The notes beneath the pieces are model-generated. The model had not been told where the DNA came from. It saw only the letters and a list, made by a program, of their open reading frames with translations, and ran no database searches. The position numbers were made by a program, and so were the translations under genes. From contig CM059431.1 in the NCBI GenBank assembly GCA_030390025.1, positions 121,398,001 through 121,462,000 on the forward strand: a stretch of DNA of 64,000 nt, in the 5' to 3' direction. Each line of letters opens with the position of its first letter. Position 1 is the stretch's first letter. The stretch comes from Squalus acanthias (taxonomy: Eukaryota). Below are positions 60,315 to 64,000 of this stretch, piece after piece.

Positions 60315-62365
60315 ATTAAGGGATTTAGCATCTTTGAAAGTGGATAAATCCCCAGGCCCGGATTAAATGTATCCCAGACTGTTAAGAGAAGTAAGAGAGG
60401 AAATAGCAGAGGCTCTGACCATCATTTTCCAATCCTCTCTGGCTACAGGTGTGGTGCCGGAGGACTGGAGGACTACTAACGTGGTACCGTTGTTTAAAAA
60501 GGGAGAAAGGGATAGACCGAGTAATTAAAGGCTAGTCAGCCCTAACCTCGGTGGTGGGAAAATTATTGGAAAAAATTCTGAGGGACAGGATAAATCTTCA
60601 TTTAGAAAGACACGGATTAATCAGGGACAGTCAGCATGGATTTGTTAAGGGAAGGTCGTGTCTGACTAACTTGATTGAATTTTTTGAGGAAGTAACAAGG
60701 AGGGTCGATGAGGATAGTGTGTTTAATGTAGTCTATATGGATTTTAGCAAGGCTTTTGATAAGGTCCCGCATGGCAGACTGGTCATGAAAGTAAAAGCCC
60801 ATGGGATCCAAGGCAAAGTGGCAAGTTGGATCCAAAATTGGCTCAGAGGCAGGAAACAAAGGGTAATGGTCGAAGGGTGTTTTTGTGACTGGAAGGCTGT
60901 TTCCAGTGGGGTTCCGCAGGGCTCAGTACTGGGTCCTATATATATCAATGATTTGGGCTTTAATGTAGGAAGTATCATTAAGAAGTTTGCAGATGATACA
61001 AAAATTGGCCGTGTGGTTGATAATGATGAAGAAGAAGAAAGATATCAATGGACTGGTCTGGTGGGCAGAACAGTGGCAAATGGAATTCAATCCAGAGAAG
61101 TGTGAGGTAATGCATTTGGGGAGGACTAACAAGGCAAGGGAATACACAATAAATGGAAGGACACTGAGAAGTGCAGAGGATCAGAGGGACCTTGGAGAGC
61201 ATGTCCACAGATCCCTGAAGGTAGCAGGACAGGTAGATAAGGTGGTTAAGAAGGCATAAGGGATACTTGCCTTTATTAGCTGAGGCATAGAATATAAGAG
61301 CAGAGAGGTTATGCTTGAACTGTATAAAACACTAATTAGGCCACAGCTAGAATACTGCATGCAGTTCTGGTCACCACATTACAGGAAATATGTGATTGCA
61401 CTAGAGGGGGTGCAGAGGAGATTTACGAGGATGTTGCCTGAGTTGGGGAATTTTAGCTATGAGGAAAGTTTGGATAGGCTGGGGTTGTTTTCTTTGGAAC
61501 AGAGGAGGCTGAGGGGAGACCTAATTGAGGTGGACAAAATTATGAGGGGCCTAGATAGAGTGGATAGGAAGGACTTATTTCCCTTAGCAGAAGGGTCAAT
61601 AACCAGAGGGCATAGATTTAAAGTAATTGGTAGGAGGTTTAGAGGGGATTTGAGGAGAAATGTTTTCACCCAGAGAGTGGTGGGGGTCTGGAACTCACTG
61701 CCTGAAAGGGTGATAGAGGCAGAAACCCTCATCACATTTAAAAAGTACTTGAATATGCACTTGAAGTGCCGTAACCTACAAGGCTACGGACCAAGTGCTG
61801 GAAAGTGGGATTAGGCTGGATAGCTCTTTCTCGGCCGGCACGGACAAGATGGGCCGAATGGCCTCCTTCTGTGCTGTAAATTTCTATGATTCTATGAATA
61901 ATATTATTCATGAAATGTTAGAATTAAGCAGCCTTGCAATGACTGGCATCTGGACAGAAGCACAAGTCCAAATTATAGGTTCACCAGTCACAGGTTTGAC
62001 ACCAAAGGCATAATGGCAAATTGCATAATCAGCAGTTCACCAATGCATAAAGCACGTGACAAATACATTGTTGGGGGGAAGGGAATTAAAGATGGTCATG
62101 AGTGAGCTGTTAAGCAGATTGACAGCAGTTGAGGTATTGGGGTGAATGGATAACTGATCTATGTCATTCTTCAACTCTTTCAATTATCTATTTTTATTGC
62201 ACTCCCTATTTTAGTGTCATAGAAAATTTAACTAGCTCACATTTGTTTACAGTATGAACCTCATTTGCATAGATTAGAAACAAAATGAATCTAAGCACTG
62301 ACCCTTACAGGATTCCGCACCACACCAACCCCATTCTGGCATTCCACCTCTCACGAGGACTCTTT

Positions 62366-63204
62366 GGGCTGGATTTTGCCAATGGGGAGCTTTTGGAGGT
62401 GGGACTCCCACTTGTCGGGTTTCAGTCCCGCCTCCATCAACTACTGGCCAACCCACGCTATTTTCCCTTGATTGACCTTGTTAAGCTCGCCCAGCGGGCT
62501 TAGCAGGCCAATTAAGGGAAAGCTGGTTACAGAGAACGTCAACGTATGACGTTTCATCTGTGAAAAAGTATTGACAGATGAATTGTCATCGTTTGACAGC
62601 TCTGTGAAGCTGTCAAACACTGACATTCTCTGTAGTTTGATGAGTTCTTGAATTCAAGACCTCATCAAAGCTCTTTCTTTTGCAGAAATTAGATGGTTGT
62701 TGCATTGGAGAATGCAGCAGCCATCTCTCATCTCTGCCGCGGAGGTGCGAGACTCTCCGCATACCCACCGATTGAAGACTGCAGGAAGAAACAAAGGTAA
62801 GTAATCTTTTTTTAACACTTTCCACTTACCTCAGATACTCACCTCTCCACACTTGCACCCATCACTTACCTCCACAGTACACTTTTGCACCCCCCCCCCC
62901 GACCCCCGCAGACCCACTACTCACCTCGGTGACCCTGGCGGGTTCCGGAGCCTTCGGGAAGCCCGCACTTGTGTGGGCAAAATGGGGATAATCCTCTTAT
63001 CTGCCTGTTAACTACCTGTTAACAGGCAGTTAAGTGGCTTTAATCCCTTCCCGCCTCCAAGGAGACGGGACCCGGCGCGGGATGGCTACCCGCCTCCTGG
63101 CAAGATAGCACGGAGGCGGGTTGGGCACCCAACCCCAGATTCTGCCATTTTGCCAACTGTCCCACCTACAAACCCGCCTCCCCAGGGCTGGCAAAATCCA
63201 GCCC
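62366..63204. mobile_element. Harbinger-type non-autonomous element (839 bp)
   Basis: Perfect 16-bp TIR GGGCTGGATTTTGCCA, TSD TTT; shares internal motifs with 3474-4338. Confidence 0.9.
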
Positions 63205-63538
63205 TTTGTTTTCTATTTTTAAATCAACTCTTTATCCAGTCCAATGTTGTGGATTTCTGTGAATTTTAATGAGAAGTTTTCACGTGGGAATTTGTTAAAA
63301 GACCTCTGAAAGTTCAAATATAGCACATCACAGAAAGTTCCACTCTCTACTTTATCTATAATGTCCTCAAAGAAATCAAATAAATGTTACAGGCAGCATT
63401 TTACCCTTTTAAATCCATGCCTACTGTTTCTTATTTAATTAGTACTACATTGGTATTGTTAGAATAGTTTACATTATTTTATCTGTTGTTGCTATCCGGC
63501 TACTGGGCATGTATAGTTACTTGGGTCATAGAATCATT

Positions 63539-64000
63539 GGCCCGGAATATTTGCGGTCGGGATGAAGGCCTTTGAAACTGACCGCAAATTCGGGATTTGG
63601 TGCATGCGGAAATCCCGAAGTTGTGTTCTGTCAATGACAGCGCCAAAACTGGCTGCGCTCCACCCACCCCCACTCCCCGCACCCCACACTCCCCGCACCC
63701 CACAGAACCGGCAATCAGTGAAATCTCGTAAATCATTGAAACTGACAAAAACTTCGGCTCTTCCGCAGTAATCATGGTGTTAAATTCCCCACTAAAAGTT
63801 AGACCCAAAGGGATTAGGTGTAACTGGGGTTTTAACAGCGTATTGACTGCTACATAAATGTTAAGGCCTGGAAAACTAATTTTAATTTTGTGCAGTGTGA
63901 AATTTGTCCATTTTAATAAAAATTATGTTTTTTAAGTTTGTCCATCTTTATTTCAGGTTTGCCTTTTCCCCATGCGAGAGCCCCAATCTTTCTTTTGCTC
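63539..64000. mobile_element. Probable Harbinger-type MITE, truncated by window end
   Basis: Start GGCCCGGAATATT, then CpG-rich subterminal region and AT-rich interior like 59573-60314. Confidence 0.45.

Larger units (their letters stand above)
56900..61895 (+). mobile_element. Near full-length CR1 LINE (ORF1 + disrupted ORF2) with nested SINE and MITE
   Basis: ORF1 esterase, APE (ITETW, SDH), RT (VPQGSVLGP, FADD), 3' tail; stops and frameshifts in ORF2. Confidence 0.9.

Overview
Eukaryotic, repeat-dominated DNA, most likely an intron or intergenic region of a cartilaginous fish (shark). The taxon is inferred from HE1/V-SINE-like and SacSINE1/DeuSINE-like SINEs and from the CR1/L2 families. 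No host protein-coding exon could be supported. The window is a nested collection of mostly decayed transposable elements: many PIF/Harbinger DNA transposons (decayed transposase and Myb/SANT genes plus internally deleted derivatives with 3-bp TSDs), CR1 LINEs (one with an uninterrupted ~930-codon APE+RT frame, one near full length with esterase ORF1), L2 LINEs, two SINE families whose 3' tails match LINEs in the window, three probable solo LTRs, a hAT MITE and several Penelope-like (PLE) insertions. The most notable signals are: (1) PLE-derived palindromic mini-elements carrying minimal hammerhead ribozyme motifs, including a zero-spacer 284-bp palindrome with a motif on each strand; (2) non-autonomous Harbinger elements with clusters of inward-pointing consensus 5' splice sites, promoter-like motifs and conserved hairpins; (3) an inverted MITE pair with an identity gradient suggesting gene conversion. 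All family assignments come from reading motifs by eye. Boundaries without a stated TSD are approximate.
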